This document shows, piece by piece, positions 36,625 to 49,482 of a DNA stretch of 64,000 nucleotides. The stretch comes from Octopus sinensis (lineage: Eukaryota). The stretch's first letter is position 1. Each line of letters starts with the position of its first letter. A model generated the notes under the pieces. It made no database searches and was not told the DNA's origin. It saw only the letters and a program-made list of their open reading frames with translations. The DNA is taken from NCBI RefSeq assembly GCF_006345805.1, contig NC_043010.1, positions 26,474,001 to 26,538,000 of the forward strand. The letters are read 5' to 3'. The position numbers were made by a program, and so were the translations under genes.

Positions 36625-38193
36625 CTTGACCAGCAGGATGTCATAAAAGAACTAGACCCAGCAGAGAGTTACAAGTACCTAGGGGTAATTAAAGGGAACG
36701 GAATAAGGCATTCAGAGATGAAGGAAAGGATCAGGAGAGAATGCTATCGAAGAGTGAGAGCAATATTCAAGACAGAGCTGAATGCAAGAAACAGGATCAA
36801 AGCGATCAATGCATTGGCCATACCAGTTGTAACTTACAGTTTCAATATCGTTAACTGGTCAATTACTGAAATATGTCAGCTCGACAGAAAAATAAGAAAA
36901 CTGTTGACAATGCATAGAATGCACCACCCTAAGGCAGATACAGAACGACTTTCTCTGCCAAGAAAAGAGGGAGGCCGTGGTCTTTTGCAACTGGCAATAA
37001 CAATGAAGATTGCTACAATTGGCCTAGACACCTACCTGAAAAAGTCTGAGGACTGGATGTTAAAACTTGTCTCAAAACATGAAAACAAGAAAGCATCATA
37101 CTCAGTAACAAAACAGGCAAAGGAATATCTAAGTGAATTCCGAATACAACCAATTTCGGAATTAGAGATAGACATACAAGAAACAAGCACAGAAAAAGCT
37201 AGGTGCATGAAAACCTGTGCCAAAACTGTGGCCTTAGATATTCTGAATGATAAATGGCAAGAAAAACCTCTCTACGGCAAATACCCAAAGAGAGCGAATA
37301 ATGCAGATATTGACAAAGCCCTGACCCACCAATGGCTAATGGCCTCTGGCTTAAAATCTGAAACAGAGGGGTTTATCATAGCAGCTCAAGATCAATGCCT
37401 ACCAACAAGAAACTACCAGGCCAACATATTAAAGAACGGCAGTAGCCCAACATGTCGTGTATGCCGACAACAAAATGAAACCATTGATCATGTGTCTCCA
37501 AATGCAGTCTTCTAGTGCCTACAGAGTACCTCAACAGGCATGATGGCTGCACAATATATTCACTGGGTAATTTGCAAAAACATGGATTTGCCCCATGAAA
37601 AAAACTGGTGGGAACAAATCCCCTCCAGTGCTTGAAAATGACCACATCTCACTCCTCTGGAACTTCACCATTCAAACTGACAGAAAGATAGATGCAAATA
37701 GGCCAGACATCATATTGAAAGACTTCAGACAAAGACCATGCCTCCTCATTGATATGACTGTCCCAATCGATATAAATGTATCTGTCAAGACCTACTGAGC
37801 AAATATAAAGATCTTGAAATAGAAATCAGCAAAATGTGGAAGCTGAAGACTAAAACAATACCTGTAGTCATAGGTGCACTGGGAATGATAGCGAAAGGGA
37901 CTGATTGCTACCTAACTCAGATACCAGGAAACCTCAAAATGGCAGAAATTCAAAAGATAGTGCTCATGGGAACTGCTCATATCCTACGCAAAATACTCTC
38001 TATGTAATCCCAAGGTTTAAAACAAACTTTTTTTTTATGTATTAGGCATTCACTCGTACAACACCAAAAAAACCCCCAAATATATGGCACACTAGGCATA
38101 ACAACAACGTGAACTTCCAACCTCTTGTCTCTTGAGGTCTCTGGGTGAGACTTGGAGCCAACTTGTACAGACATAAAGCAAAAGTCAAACATA

Positions 38194-38194
<1 letters not shown>
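36624..38194 (+). mobile_element. 5'-truncated R4/Dong-like retrotransposon in (AAT)n
   Basis: YKYLG..KAINALAIPVVTYSF; RKEGGRGL; AAQDQCLPTRNY; CRVC..ETIDH; NRPDII..LIDMTVP; (AAT)n on both sides. Confidence 0.9.
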
Positions 38195-38247
<53 letters not shown>

Positions 38248-38299
38248 TAATAGTAATAATAACAACAACAATAATAATAACAACAACAACAACAACAAC

Positions 38300-38334
<35 letters not shown>

Positions 38335-38413
38335 TAATAATAATAATAATAATAACAATAATAATAATAATAACAACAACAAAAATAACAACAACAACAA
38401 CAACAACAACAAC

Positions 38414-38440
<27 letters not shown>

Positions 38441-38444
<4 letters not shown>

Positions 38445-39332
38445 CGATGATAAAACCATGATAAAATGATGGCAAGAAAAGCCCCTTCATGGTAAATACT
38501 GGACTAAACTAAACGCAAAAGAAATAGACAAAGAAAAATCCCAGCAATGGTTGAGAAGCTCAGGACTCAAAGCAGAAACAGAGGGATTTTTAATTGCAGC
38601 ACAAGACCAAAGCCTCCCCACCAGAAATTACCAAAAACATATAATGAAAAGAAATATTACAAGTAACTGCAGAATATGTGGAGATGGACAAGAAACAATA
38701 AATCATATTATCTCTAGCTGCCCAGTCCTGGCTAAGAAGGAATATATTCACAGACATGACAGAGTTGGAACCTACATACATTGGAAGCTATGTCAACATT
38801 ATGGAATAACAACAGAAAAAAGATGGTATAGGCACACACCAGAAAAGGTCACAGAAAACGAGAAAGCAACCATACTCTGGGATATGCCGATACACACAGA
38901 TAGAGAAATTAAGGCCAACAGACCAGATATAGTTGTCAGAGATCATGAAGGAAAAAAATGCTTTCTAATTGATGTATCAATACCGGCAGATGACAACGTG
39001 TCTCTAAAAGAATGGAGAAACTCTCAAAATACAAAGACCTGGAAATAGAGGTAACCAGAATGTGGAATCTGAAAACAGAAACGATTCCTATCATAGTAGG
39101 TGCATAGGCATGATAAAAAAATATTCAGACAAATACATAACAAAAACACCAGGACTTACAAACACATATAACATACAGAAAATTGCACTACTAGGCACTG
39201 CACACATCCTACGCAGAACACTTTCCATACAATAACCATCAGAGCATCACAACAAATCACAGCACATACCCAAGGCACACAGAGCTGCGCTCGGTAGTGA
39301 AGTGAAAGTACGCTATAAAAATAAAACTACTG
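38441..39332 (+). mobile_element. Second R4/Dong-like subfamily, 5'-truncated, in (AAT)n
   Basis: AAQDQSLPTRNY; CRICG..ETINHIISSC; RHD; NRPDIVV..LIDVSIP; 3' end aaaactactgaataataat. Confidence 0.9.
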
Positions 39333-39559
39333 AATAATAATAATAATAACAATAATAATAATAATAACAACAACAATAATAATAACAACAACAACAACAA
39401 CAATAATAATAATAATAATAATAATAATGTTAATAATAAAGCACAGTCATGACTGAGCAACAAACAGAGTATATTGAGATGTTAATTGAGTGTGTGGATT
39501 CAAAGTGACAGAAAAATGGTTTGAGTACGAGTCAGAAGTTGTGACAGAGAGTAATGATT

Positions 39560-39927
39560 AGAAAACTTTAAAGGATTTTTCCATAAAGACTGAACATACA
39601 AGTAAAGCAAGGAAGCCCAAATATGATTGTAAAAAAAAAAGAAAGAATGGAAAAAAACTATGTAAGATTATAGGCTTGGCAATACCATGTAACAATATAG
39701 TGAATACCAAAGAAATTGAGAAATATCAGGATTTAGCCAAAGAGATGAAGAGATTTTGGAAGAATAAGGTGACAATTGTTCCTGTAGTAATTGGTGCACT
39801 TGGCACAACAAGCAAAATACTGCCTAAAAGACTGAAAGTTATTGGAATTGAGATTTGCATTGTCGACCTGCAGGAAAGTGCAATCATGTTTTCTGCAAGA
39901 ACACTAAGAAAGGTTCTTGAGATTTGA
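39560..39927 (+). mobile_element. Old R4-like REL endonuclease fragment
   Basis: KEIEKYQDLAKEMKRFWKNKVTIVPVVIGALG...RTLRKVLEI. Confidence 0.8.
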
Positions 39928-39995
39928 GGAAGCTTCAAAGCCACCAAATCTCAAGACAACATTGTTGCTAAGTAAAGTAATAACCGAATGGTTAT

Positions 39996-40040
39996 TCTGT
40001 GCTGATGAAGGGAAATAACCTGGAAATCGCAATACACAGA
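39996..40040 (+). ncRNA. Compact type I hammerhead (AUA site)
   Basis: TCTGTG-CTGATGA-AGGG-AAATAA-CCTG-GAAA-TCGCAA-TA-CACAGA; 6 bp stem I. Confidence 0.7.
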
Positions 40041-40735
40041 TATTGTTTTCAGCTAAGTTGGGATGCTAGGTTCCCTTGTTTGAAAAGATGACACAGATCA
40101 TGTTGTATAGCCATCTGGGGTTAAATTACAGCAACATTTGTCCTAATCCAGGACTGCCATGTTATGTTGGCAAATAATCTTTAATATGGAATAGTTTTAT
40201 AATGATTATGAGGATGACGATAATGATGATGGTGGTGGTGGTGATGATGAGAAGGAGAAGGAGGAGGAGGAGAATAATGATAACATAATAACGATAACAA
40301 TAATTTAGCATCTATTTTTCATGCTGGAATGGGTTAGATGGTTTGATAAGAACTGGCAAGTCGGAGGACTGTACCAAATTCCAGTCTCATTTTTGCTTGG
40401 GTTCTACAGCTGGATGTCCTTCCTAATGCCAACCACTCCAACAGTGTAGCAGTGTATTGGGGGCCATTTATGCATCACTGCCTCAGGTGCCTTTTATGTG
40501 TCACCATCAAGAACACCTTTTCTGTCTCACCTGCACTGGCCAGACTATGATTAGCTTGATGAGTTTGCTCAAGCAGAATAAATCACCAAAGGTCTCGATC
40601 ACTTGTCATCATTTCTGTGAAACTCAGCATTTGAAGATCACGCTTCACCATGTTGCCCCATGTCTTCCTGGGTCTACTTTTTCCACAGGTTCCCTCCACA
40701 GTCTGAAATCTGCATTTCTTTATGCAGCTGTCTTC

Positions 40736-40777
<42 letters not shown>

Positions 40778-40780
<3 letters not shown>

Positions 40781-40992
40781 CTTTTCTACTCTAGGTACAA
40801 GGCCCAACATTTTTGGGGAGGGAGCCAGTTGATTAGATCAACACCAGTACGCAACTGGTACTTAATTTAACAACCCTGAAAGGATGAAAGGCAAAGTCGA
40901 CCTTGGAAGAATTTGAACTCAGAACATAAAGACAGACAAACTACTGCTAAGCATTTCGCCTGGTGTGCTAACATTTCTGCCAGCTAGCTGCC

Positions 40993-41033
<41 letters not shown>

Positions 41034-41228
41034 CCTTTCTTTTATAGGCACAAAATGTGAAATTATGGGGGAAAGGAGCAATTAATTACATTGACCCCAG
41101 TACTTGACTGGTACCGTTTCCACCAACCCCAAAAGGACAAAAGGTAAAGTTGACCTTGGTGGAATTTGAACTTAGAACGTAAAGATGGATAAAATGCTGT
41201 GCTAATGATTCTACCAGCTCACCATCTT
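40778..41228 (-). mobile_element. Two SINE family B copies separated by (TAA)n
   Basis: Reverse-complement matches to 53123-53345. Confidence 0.8.
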
Positions 41229-41865
41229 AATAATATTGATAATAACAGCAACAACAATAATAATAATTCTATGCCTACCCTTCCACCATTGCTAAGCTAC
41301 CCGCCTCAACCTATAAATACAACCTAAAATCCTTGTGAATGGGTGGAGGGAAGCAGGAGATACACTTCCTCTACCTATGTTTAGTAAAGTAATATCTATT
41401 CTGTTGCTACTCAGCAATTTTACACAGCATGCTTTCATGTATAATAATCTAAAGCTTTGTTGTGGAGACAGAAACTGCTTGTTGACAACACAGACACCAA
41501 CACACTCTACCTCTTTCACCCTTTACACATACTTAACCTTTTTCATATCAACCTACCTGAAACAATCTCTCTATTTTATTTTAAATGATCCAAATTAAAA
41601 AAACTTCCATGTTAACTTCTATGTTAATTTATATTCCAAGCACCAGGTTATTTTTATAAATTCCTTGATTTTCAAAATTTATTGAAACAGAAGCAGTGTG
41701 TTTCAAAAGAAGTATGGCAACAAAAGGGTTAAAGTGATCTTAATCAAAAACTTCCATTAAAAATTTCATGTTAATTAAACTCTAGCTTAAAGAGATTACT
41801 TAATAAATTCTTTACTATTTTTGATACAATATGTAAACGGTGCTGCCACTGTGCAGCACCATTGC

Positions 41866-41896
<31 letters not shown>

Positions 41897-42010
41897 TTGG
41901 GGGGCAGGAGTAAGTCAATTATATTGACCCCACTGGTTGATTGGTACTTATTTTATTGACCCTAAAATGATGAAAGGTGTATTTCAGCAGAAATATGGGA
42001 ACAAAAGGGT

Positions 42011-42299
42011 TGTTTTGTTTGTTCTTTCTCAAGCCATGCCTGACTCATAAGGGCTGGTTTCCCAGTTTCCTTGGCGTATAGGTTCCCCACCAATGGATGC
42101 TGGTCCATTGCAGGTGAGCTGCAAGATGCAAGAGGAAAGAATGAGAAAGTCGTGGCGAAAGAGTCAGCAGAAGTTTGCCATTACCTTCTGCCGAAGCCAC
42201 GTGTTTCACTCATAAACACACACATGGCCGGTCTGAAATTTGAACCCACAATCCCTCGACCGCGAGTCCGCTGCTCTAACCACTAGGCCATGTGCCTCC
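42011..42299 (-). mobile_element. tRNA-derived SINE (head related to 4451-4761, different tail)
   Basis: GGAGGCACATGGCCTAGTGGTTAGAGCAGCGGACTCGCGGTCGAGG head. Confidence 0.8.
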
Positions 42300-42527
42300 A
42301 CAACAAAAGGGTTAAAGGGATCTAAATTAAAACATCATCGAAATTTCATGTTAATTTATTATTCCAAACACTAGCATAATAACGACAAAGTTCTTTTTAT
42401 AAATTCTGTCCATATTTATTAAAACAAATGCAGAAATATAGTAACACAAGGGTTAAAGTGATCGAAATTAAAACTTGCCATCAAAGTTTCTTGTTAATTT
42501 ATGTTTTAAACATCAGCTTAATAACGA

Positions 42528-42910
42528 TGTGGTAAGTAGCTTGCTTACAAACCACATGGTTCTGGGTTCAGTCCCACTGCATGGCACCTTGGGCAAGTGT
42601 CTTCTACTATAGCCGCGGGCCGACCAAAGCCTTGTGAGTGGATTTGGTAGACGGAAACTGAAAGAAGCCTGTCGTATATATGTATATATATGTGTGTGTG
42701 TTTGTGTGTCTGTGTTTGTCCCCCCAACATCGCTTGACAACCGATGCTGGTGTGTTTACGTCCCCATAACTTAGCGGTTTGGCAAAAGAGACCGATAGAA
42801 TAAGTACTAGGCTTACAAAGAATAAGTCCTGGAGTCAATTTGCTTGACTAAAGGCGATGCTCCAGCATGGCCACAGTCAAATGACTGAAACAAGTGAAAA
42901 GTAAAGAGTA
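42528..42910 (+). mobile_element. SINE family A inserted into a MITE unit
   Basis: Match to 16330-16723; the MITE unit resumes at ~42911. Confidence 0.85.
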
Positions 42911-44131
42911 TTATTTTCAACATTTATTAAAAAATAAAAACTGCATTTTAACAGAAATATGGTAACAAAATAGTGAAGTCTCCCAAAATGCTAAATGTTT
43001 CTTAAATAATTTTTCACCTTGAACTTCTTTCCTTTCTTTGAAATTCCTCAACATCTGCCCTAGTTACTAAAATTTCACACAAACTGCCTCAGTGCAAATA
43101 ATACCTTATGCATTCCTTCTTGTATGCACACCTTGGCTGTTCAGAGTTTTGTGTGTTGTATTTTTATAGTTGCACATGCAGTTTACTGCATGGTGCATCT
43201 AGTGCATTTAAATAACAGCGTTGATCTGTTTGTGTACAAGGGGTCTCACTGCACCCTTCACATACATTCTTTAAATGGTTCATCTCTTTGAACACACACA
43301 TACCACACATATATGCATGTGCATGCTCCCACATATACAAACACACATACATACACGCACATTATAACAAAATAAAAATGCTAATTAGTAAGCTAATTAG
43401 CATATTGGTGTCAGTTCAATAATTATAATTAGGCACTGTGCTGTAAGACTGAACCCAAAACCACATAATCAAGGGCACCTCTTAACTACACAGACATCTC
43501 TGTACCCCTTCTTAGTTGAGCTCTCCTTTTGTGACGTCAGTCTTGGATTTTTTTTTTACCAGATTCTTGATGTGGAATTGTGTGTTGAAACCAATTTTAT
43601 TGTACTTTGGAAGGATCATTTTTAAGAAGTGCAGCAAAAGAGGGCACATCATAGATGAAGTTACAGATGCCACTGCAAGGACTCTCACAAGCCAACTGAT
43701 TAATTGATTAAATTATTGATCCAAAAATTTTATTAGTTGCAATTTATCAGTTAACTAGTGACTGACAATAATAACCATCACCATCATCATCATTTAACAT
43801 CCATCTCCCATGCTGATATGGGTTGGGCTGTTTGACAGGCATTGACAAATTGGTGAGCTGCACCTGGCTCTTATGTCTGCTTTGGTATGGCTTCTATGGC
43901 TGGATGCCCTTCCTGCTGCCAACCACTTTACAGAGTGAACAGGGTGCTTTCTTTGTGACACCAGCAAGGATGCTTTTATGTGGCATCAGCACAAGTGCTT
44001 TTACGTGGCACCAGCATGGCTGCTTTTTAGACAGTGTCAGCATGTAACTGATAAGAGAAAGAAATGAAATATAACCAATGTGTGTATTTTTATAAGAAAA
44101 ATGACCCACCAAAAGTAAAGCATGATAGCTT

Positions 44132-44605
44132 TTAACCCTTTCAATACTGTATTTCCTTTGAGATGATCTATGTTTCTTTCAATTAATTTTAAATATAACA
44201 ACGAATTTAGTAAAATAACTTAGTTATCATTAAGCTAGGGTTAGGAACATAAATTGTTATTAAGGTTTGGTGGAAGATTCTAATTCAGGACTTTGGAAAA
44301 CAAGACATTTTTACTACAGAGTCAAAGGTAGTTTCAGCTGGGTTGGTATCAAAAGGGTTGAGAATTGTTTCTCTATCATATATTTTAACCCTTTTTGCAC
44401 CATATTTCTGTTGAGATGTTCTGTGTTTCTTTCAGTTAAACTTAAATATAACAAAGAATTTATTAAAATAACTTAGTTATCATTCAGCTAGTGTTAGAAA
44501 CATAAATTGTGACTAAGGTTTGGTGGAAGATTTTAATTCAGAACTTTTGAGAACAAGACATTGAGCCAGAGGTGGTTTCAGTCAGTTTAGTATTGAAAGG
44601 GTTAA
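44132..44605. mobile_element. Two tandem piggyBac-type MITEs
   Basis: TTAA-CCCTT...AAGGG-TT(G/A)A ends at 44132-44361 and 44385-44605; homologous interiors. Confidence 0.75.
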
Positions 44606-44768
44606 TATTTTTAGTCATAAACTGACACCTTCTTATAAAACCATACACATTCTTCGTTTTAAAAATGAGTAGAGATATATACACAAGGATAGAGACATGG
44701 AGATATACACACAAGAATAGATAAAGACACATACAAGCAAGGAGACACACACACACGCACACACACAG

Positions 44769-44799
<31 letters not shown>

Positions 44800-45176
44800 A
44801 ACACACACACTTTCACAAACACAAACAAATGCACATCACATACAGACATGCACACAAATGTCCACAGAAACACAGACAAACACATACTCATAGAAACACA
44901 GAATCACATACATACATACACATTCGTATAGATGCATACATACATAGACACACACAAACACATGCAGACATTGATGCACGTATGCACACATATGGAAATG
45001 CAGAGACATGTTTACAAACACACTGACACACTACCACAAACACATACATACATACAAATATATATATATATAATATATATATATATATATACATACATGT
45101 GTGTGTGTATATATATATATACATGTATGTGTGTATATATACATACATACATTATATATATATATATATACATACA

Positions 45177-45276
<100 letters not shown>

Positions 45277-46832
45277 CATACATATATATACACATGCAGA
45301 TACACAGACAGACAAATATGTCATATCCACCTCACCACCCCTTGTTTAATCTCTTAACATCTTCAACTTATCTGAAAATAGCTAACTAACTCTCATGTGA
45401 CATTTATCTTTGCCGCTAGAATCAGTTACCATTCTCTAAAGTACCACAACATTATCATGATTTTTGTGAGAGAATCACCCATCACCACCACCATCACCAC
45501 ACACATACAGACCGATGGCAGAGCAGTGAAAGAATTAGCTTAATTATAATAAAAGAACACTGGGCAACTTATGTTAAACAAAAATACACATAGTATGTGA
45601 GGTGCAGGCATAGCTCAGTGGTTCAAAAGATCACTTGTTAACCATGTAGTGTCAGTTCAGTTTCACTTTGTAGCACCTTGGGCAAGTATCTTCTGCTTCT
45701 ACTATAGTTATGGTTTGAGGAAAGATTTGCAAGTGGATTTGATAGATGGAAATTGAATGAAGCCCAGCCACATAAAAACCGCTCATACCAGTGCCACATA
45801 TAAGGCACCTGTGCTACTTCCACGTATAAAGCACCTGTTGCTGATGCCATATATACAGTAACTGCTGGTGTCACATAAAAAGCACACTATATACTCTGTA
45901 AAGGGGTTGGTATTATGAAGGGCATCAAACCATAGAAATCATGCCAAAACAGCTGACTGGAGCCTGGTGCAGTCCTCCAGCTGACCAGCTCCTATGAAAC
46001 AGTTCAACCCATGCCAGCATAGAAAATGGATAGTAGAGTGCTGATGATGATAAATATATAAATGTGTAAATATATATAGTATTTAATGTAATATTGTAAT
46101 ATAAATAAATTATTGGATTGTCAATACTATATCTCTATATTTAATTTATCTTTATATATATATAATGTATATAAATATGCTGTGACTGCGAAAACCCAGC
46201 AAATAAAGTGAGTTCACAGCTGTAACCTACACTAGTGTCACATATCCAGCCCCAGCCCATTCAAAAGTACCTTGGATCGTAGGGTGACCTGCTGTGCTTG
46301 AGGAGACCTATTAAGTCAAGTATATCAAAGTCAAAAATCAAATGGAAATTGTAGTTGTGATCCCCATGCTGGTGGCACGTAAAAAGCACCATCTGAACGT
46401 GGCCGATGCCAGTGCTGCCTCGACTGGCTTCCGTGCTGGTGGCACGTAAAAAGTACCATCCAATCGTAATTGCTGCCGGCCTCCTCTGGCCCCTGTGCCG
46501 GAGGCATGTAAAAAGCACCCACTACACTCTTGGAGTGGTTGACGTTAGGAAGGGCATCCAGCTGTAGAAGCACTGCCAGATCAGACTGGAACCTGTTGCA
46601 GCCTCCTGGCTTCCCAGACCCCAGTTGAACCATCCAGCCTGTGCCAGCATGGAAAACGGATGTTAGATGATGATGAGGATCATCATGATATATAAAGGGA
46701 GAGAGAGAGAGAGATTGGTGATACAAATAAGAAAAATAGAACTTGAAACATGAGTATTTCAATATTTTTACTAATGAATATTAATAAAAAAAATACGTAT
46801 GTGTGTCTGTGTGTATATATATATATACTTTA

Positions 46833-46960
46833 TTAAAAAGCAGGAGAAATATCACAAAACTGTTACTCAGAGTTTCACATTCCCATTCGTTGGACAGTCC
46901 GACGAACGAGAACGTGAAACTCTGAGTAACAGTTTTTGTGATATTTCTGCTGCTTTTTAA
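46833..46960. repeat. 128-bp palindrome made of two head-to-head hammerhead motifs
   Basis: Minus 46859-46898 ACUGU-CCAACGA-AUG..UGU-GAAA-CUCUGAG-UA-ACAGU; plus 46899-46933 CCGACGA-ACG-AGAA-CGU-GAAA-CUCUGAG-UA-ACAGU. Confidence 0.8.
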
Positions 46961-47186
46961 GAAAGCATATTACTCTACCCCTGGTATTTCAGTACTATTT
47001 TTTCCACCTTGATTCGCATTTATGTGCTTACTCCACTATATTTATATATATATATGCAAATTCAGAACAGCCTTTATCACCTTAGTTCTTTACATGTACT
47101 AAACAATATGATAACTTATTATTAAACCCAGATGTTTCTTCATCATAACCATCATCGTTGTCATCAGTGTTGTTGTTTTTGTTGTC

Positions 47187-47249
<63 letters not shown>

Positions 47250-47252
<3 letters not shown>

Positions 47253-47830
47253 TCATACGATACAGTGTATATTTAAATACATAAGGAATCCACTTATAGG
47301 GATTCTACACACTAGAAAGAACAGCTAGGTTCTGTAACCACAAAAATTATGAATAAAATTCGACAGGAATAAATTTGGAAATGAAAAACATGAAAAACTG
47401 TGCAGTAAAATTTGAAAAGTTAGCTTGTATAAACACGAGACAAGTAGTCTTGTTTGTCTCGTGTGGATATGTTTAACCCTAGATTGGACCTGCTGAAGAA
47501 AATCAAACCTTGTGAGTTCTCCTTGACTCGCTAAAAGATGATTAGAAACCAATTGGTCCAGGAAACTAGACGGTAAATGTTTTACATTTCCAAATTTATT
47601 CCTGTCGAATTTTATCCATAATTTTTGTGGTCATAGAACTTAGCTGTTCTTTCTAGCGTGTAGAATCCCTATAAGTGGATTCTCTATGTGTTTAAATATA
47701 CACTATATCGTATGACTAATATATAGTCTTTTTGACTAAACCTTTTTACACGTTAGACCACTGGAAATCTAGATTTTGATTAAATGTTTTTAATTTTAAT
47801 TTAAATTCCATTTCCCTTTGATATGATTAA
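47250..47830 (+). mobile_element. Second copy of the 664-1104 element with an inverted partial 3' end upstream
   Basis: 47400-47830 is the reverse complement of 664-1104; 47251-47390 is inverted relative to 47575-47720. Confidence 0.8.
47489..47562 (+). ncRNA. Type I hammerhead (GUC site)
   Basis: CCTG-CTGAAGA-A-AATCA...TGATT-A-GAAA-CCAATTGG-TC-CAGG. Confidence 0.8.
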
Positions 47831-47857
47831 ACACATATATATATATATGTATGTACA

Positions 47858-48120
47858 CAAAAATTCTATAATTATGAGTATAATTATAATTAGGGTTCAG
47901 CAAAATTTGCTTCACCACATACCGAAATTTAGAAATAGCAGTTAAAATACTATTCTACTACCATAAGATATCTCCCAGACAGTTGTAGGGCATTGCTGTC
48001 TGGGAGATATCTTACGGTAGTAGAATAGTATTTTAACTGCTATTTCTAAATTTCGGTATGTGGTGAAGCAAATTTTGCTGAACCCTAATTATAATTATAC
48101 TTATAATTATAGAATTTTTG
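47858..48120. repeat. 263-bp fold-back, same family as 24601-24940
   Basis: Shared cagcaaaa..caccacataccgaaatt.agaaatagcag arms; 13-nt spacer. Confidence 0.9.
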
Positions 48121-48504
48121 TCTTAGTTTACCGATAATGGTTCTTTTAACATACTGAACTACTTGGTAAGATTATTAATTATTAATGAATTAATTTGTAT
48201 TTTGTTTTTGTTGTTGTTGTTTTTGTTTATTCTTATTTTGTTCTTGTGTTTACATCCACTTATTATTATCATTACATATGCTTGTATGTATGTATAACAA
48301 CGATACTAGTAATAATAATAATAATTACATGAACGTATATAAACAGAAGATACAAATATTACAGGCATCCCCCCACATACACACACTAAATAAACATAGA
48401 CGCACATAGAGATATAAGCATGCGCAAATGAAGACATACAATAGAAATACAAAATGGCTGACGGTTAGTAAGGAGAGACACAAGTAAGAAAGAAGAAAAC
48501 AAAG

Positions 48505-48548
48505 GACCACTGATGCGGTCACAGCAGTGTGACGAAAGAACTCTGGCC
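48505..48548 (+). ncRNA. Hammerhead-like motif with A9C core change
   Basis: CCA-CTGATGC-G-GTCAC-AGCAGT-GTGAC-GAAA-GAAC-TC-TGG. Confidence 0.45.
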
Positions 48549-48759
48549 GAAATAAGATTAAGATTAATGTAAAAAATAAATAACACTGAAGCGAAATAAC
48601 ACCAAATATATAGTGCATGTGTTTTTATTGGCTAAACTGGCAATATGACCATTCCGAAATATAACAATATCTGTTTCAACACACAACTTCACATAAAAAA
48701 TCTTGCACAACAAATATTTAAACGTATATATATATACATATATATATACACACACACAC

Positions 48760-48837
<78 letters not shown>

Positions 48838-49448
48838 ATTGTATGAAAAAAATTTATAACATTCTTCAGACATATTGACTCAAATATGTTTTTTAACCTT
48901 TTAAAACAAGCCTTCTGTAGTTTTTTCACTTTCTACTATTTTCTATATATATATATATATATGTATATACCTGAGTAAGCACAGGGCATCCAGCCCTAGA
49001 GACCATGCCAAAGCTGACAACAGGAGTCTGGTGCAGCTTTCCGGCATGGAAGGCAGACATTAAATGACGATGATGATATACATATAAGCAAAATTTAAAG
49101 TTAGCTCAAATATTTCAGGTCAGTTGAAATATGTCTGCCTCATGAATTAATTTTTAAACGCAATTTCACTGTTGTTTGCCATGGAGGAAAAAAATTTTTT
49201 GTCCATGATGAAAAGTCAGTAAACACTTTTACCTGAAGTCTAAGGGATTCAGAAACACATCTAGAAGTCCAAGAGAGAGCGCCACTGAGCTGATAAAGGT
49301 GTTTATAAACCTTTTAGCAAAAATGAGAATTTTTTTCTCTAATGGTAAACGAATATAAAATTGCCATTAGAAATTAAAATATTTCACAAACACATCTGAA
49401 CTAACCTAAAATTTTGTTCACACACACACACATGTATGTATGTATGCA

Positions 49449-49482
<34 letters not shown>

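Larger units (their letters stand above)
41585..42975. repeat. Tandem ~150-bp units of a piggyBac-type MITE family, interrupted by two SINEs
   Basis: Units end in aacaaaagggttaaagtgatc; inverted homology to 44132-44605. Confidence 0.6.

Noticed and set aside
43167-43290. Frame with HLNNSVDLFVY resembling a GPCR TM7
   Set aside because: Weak similarity, no usable donor, and the downstream residues are unlike helix 8.
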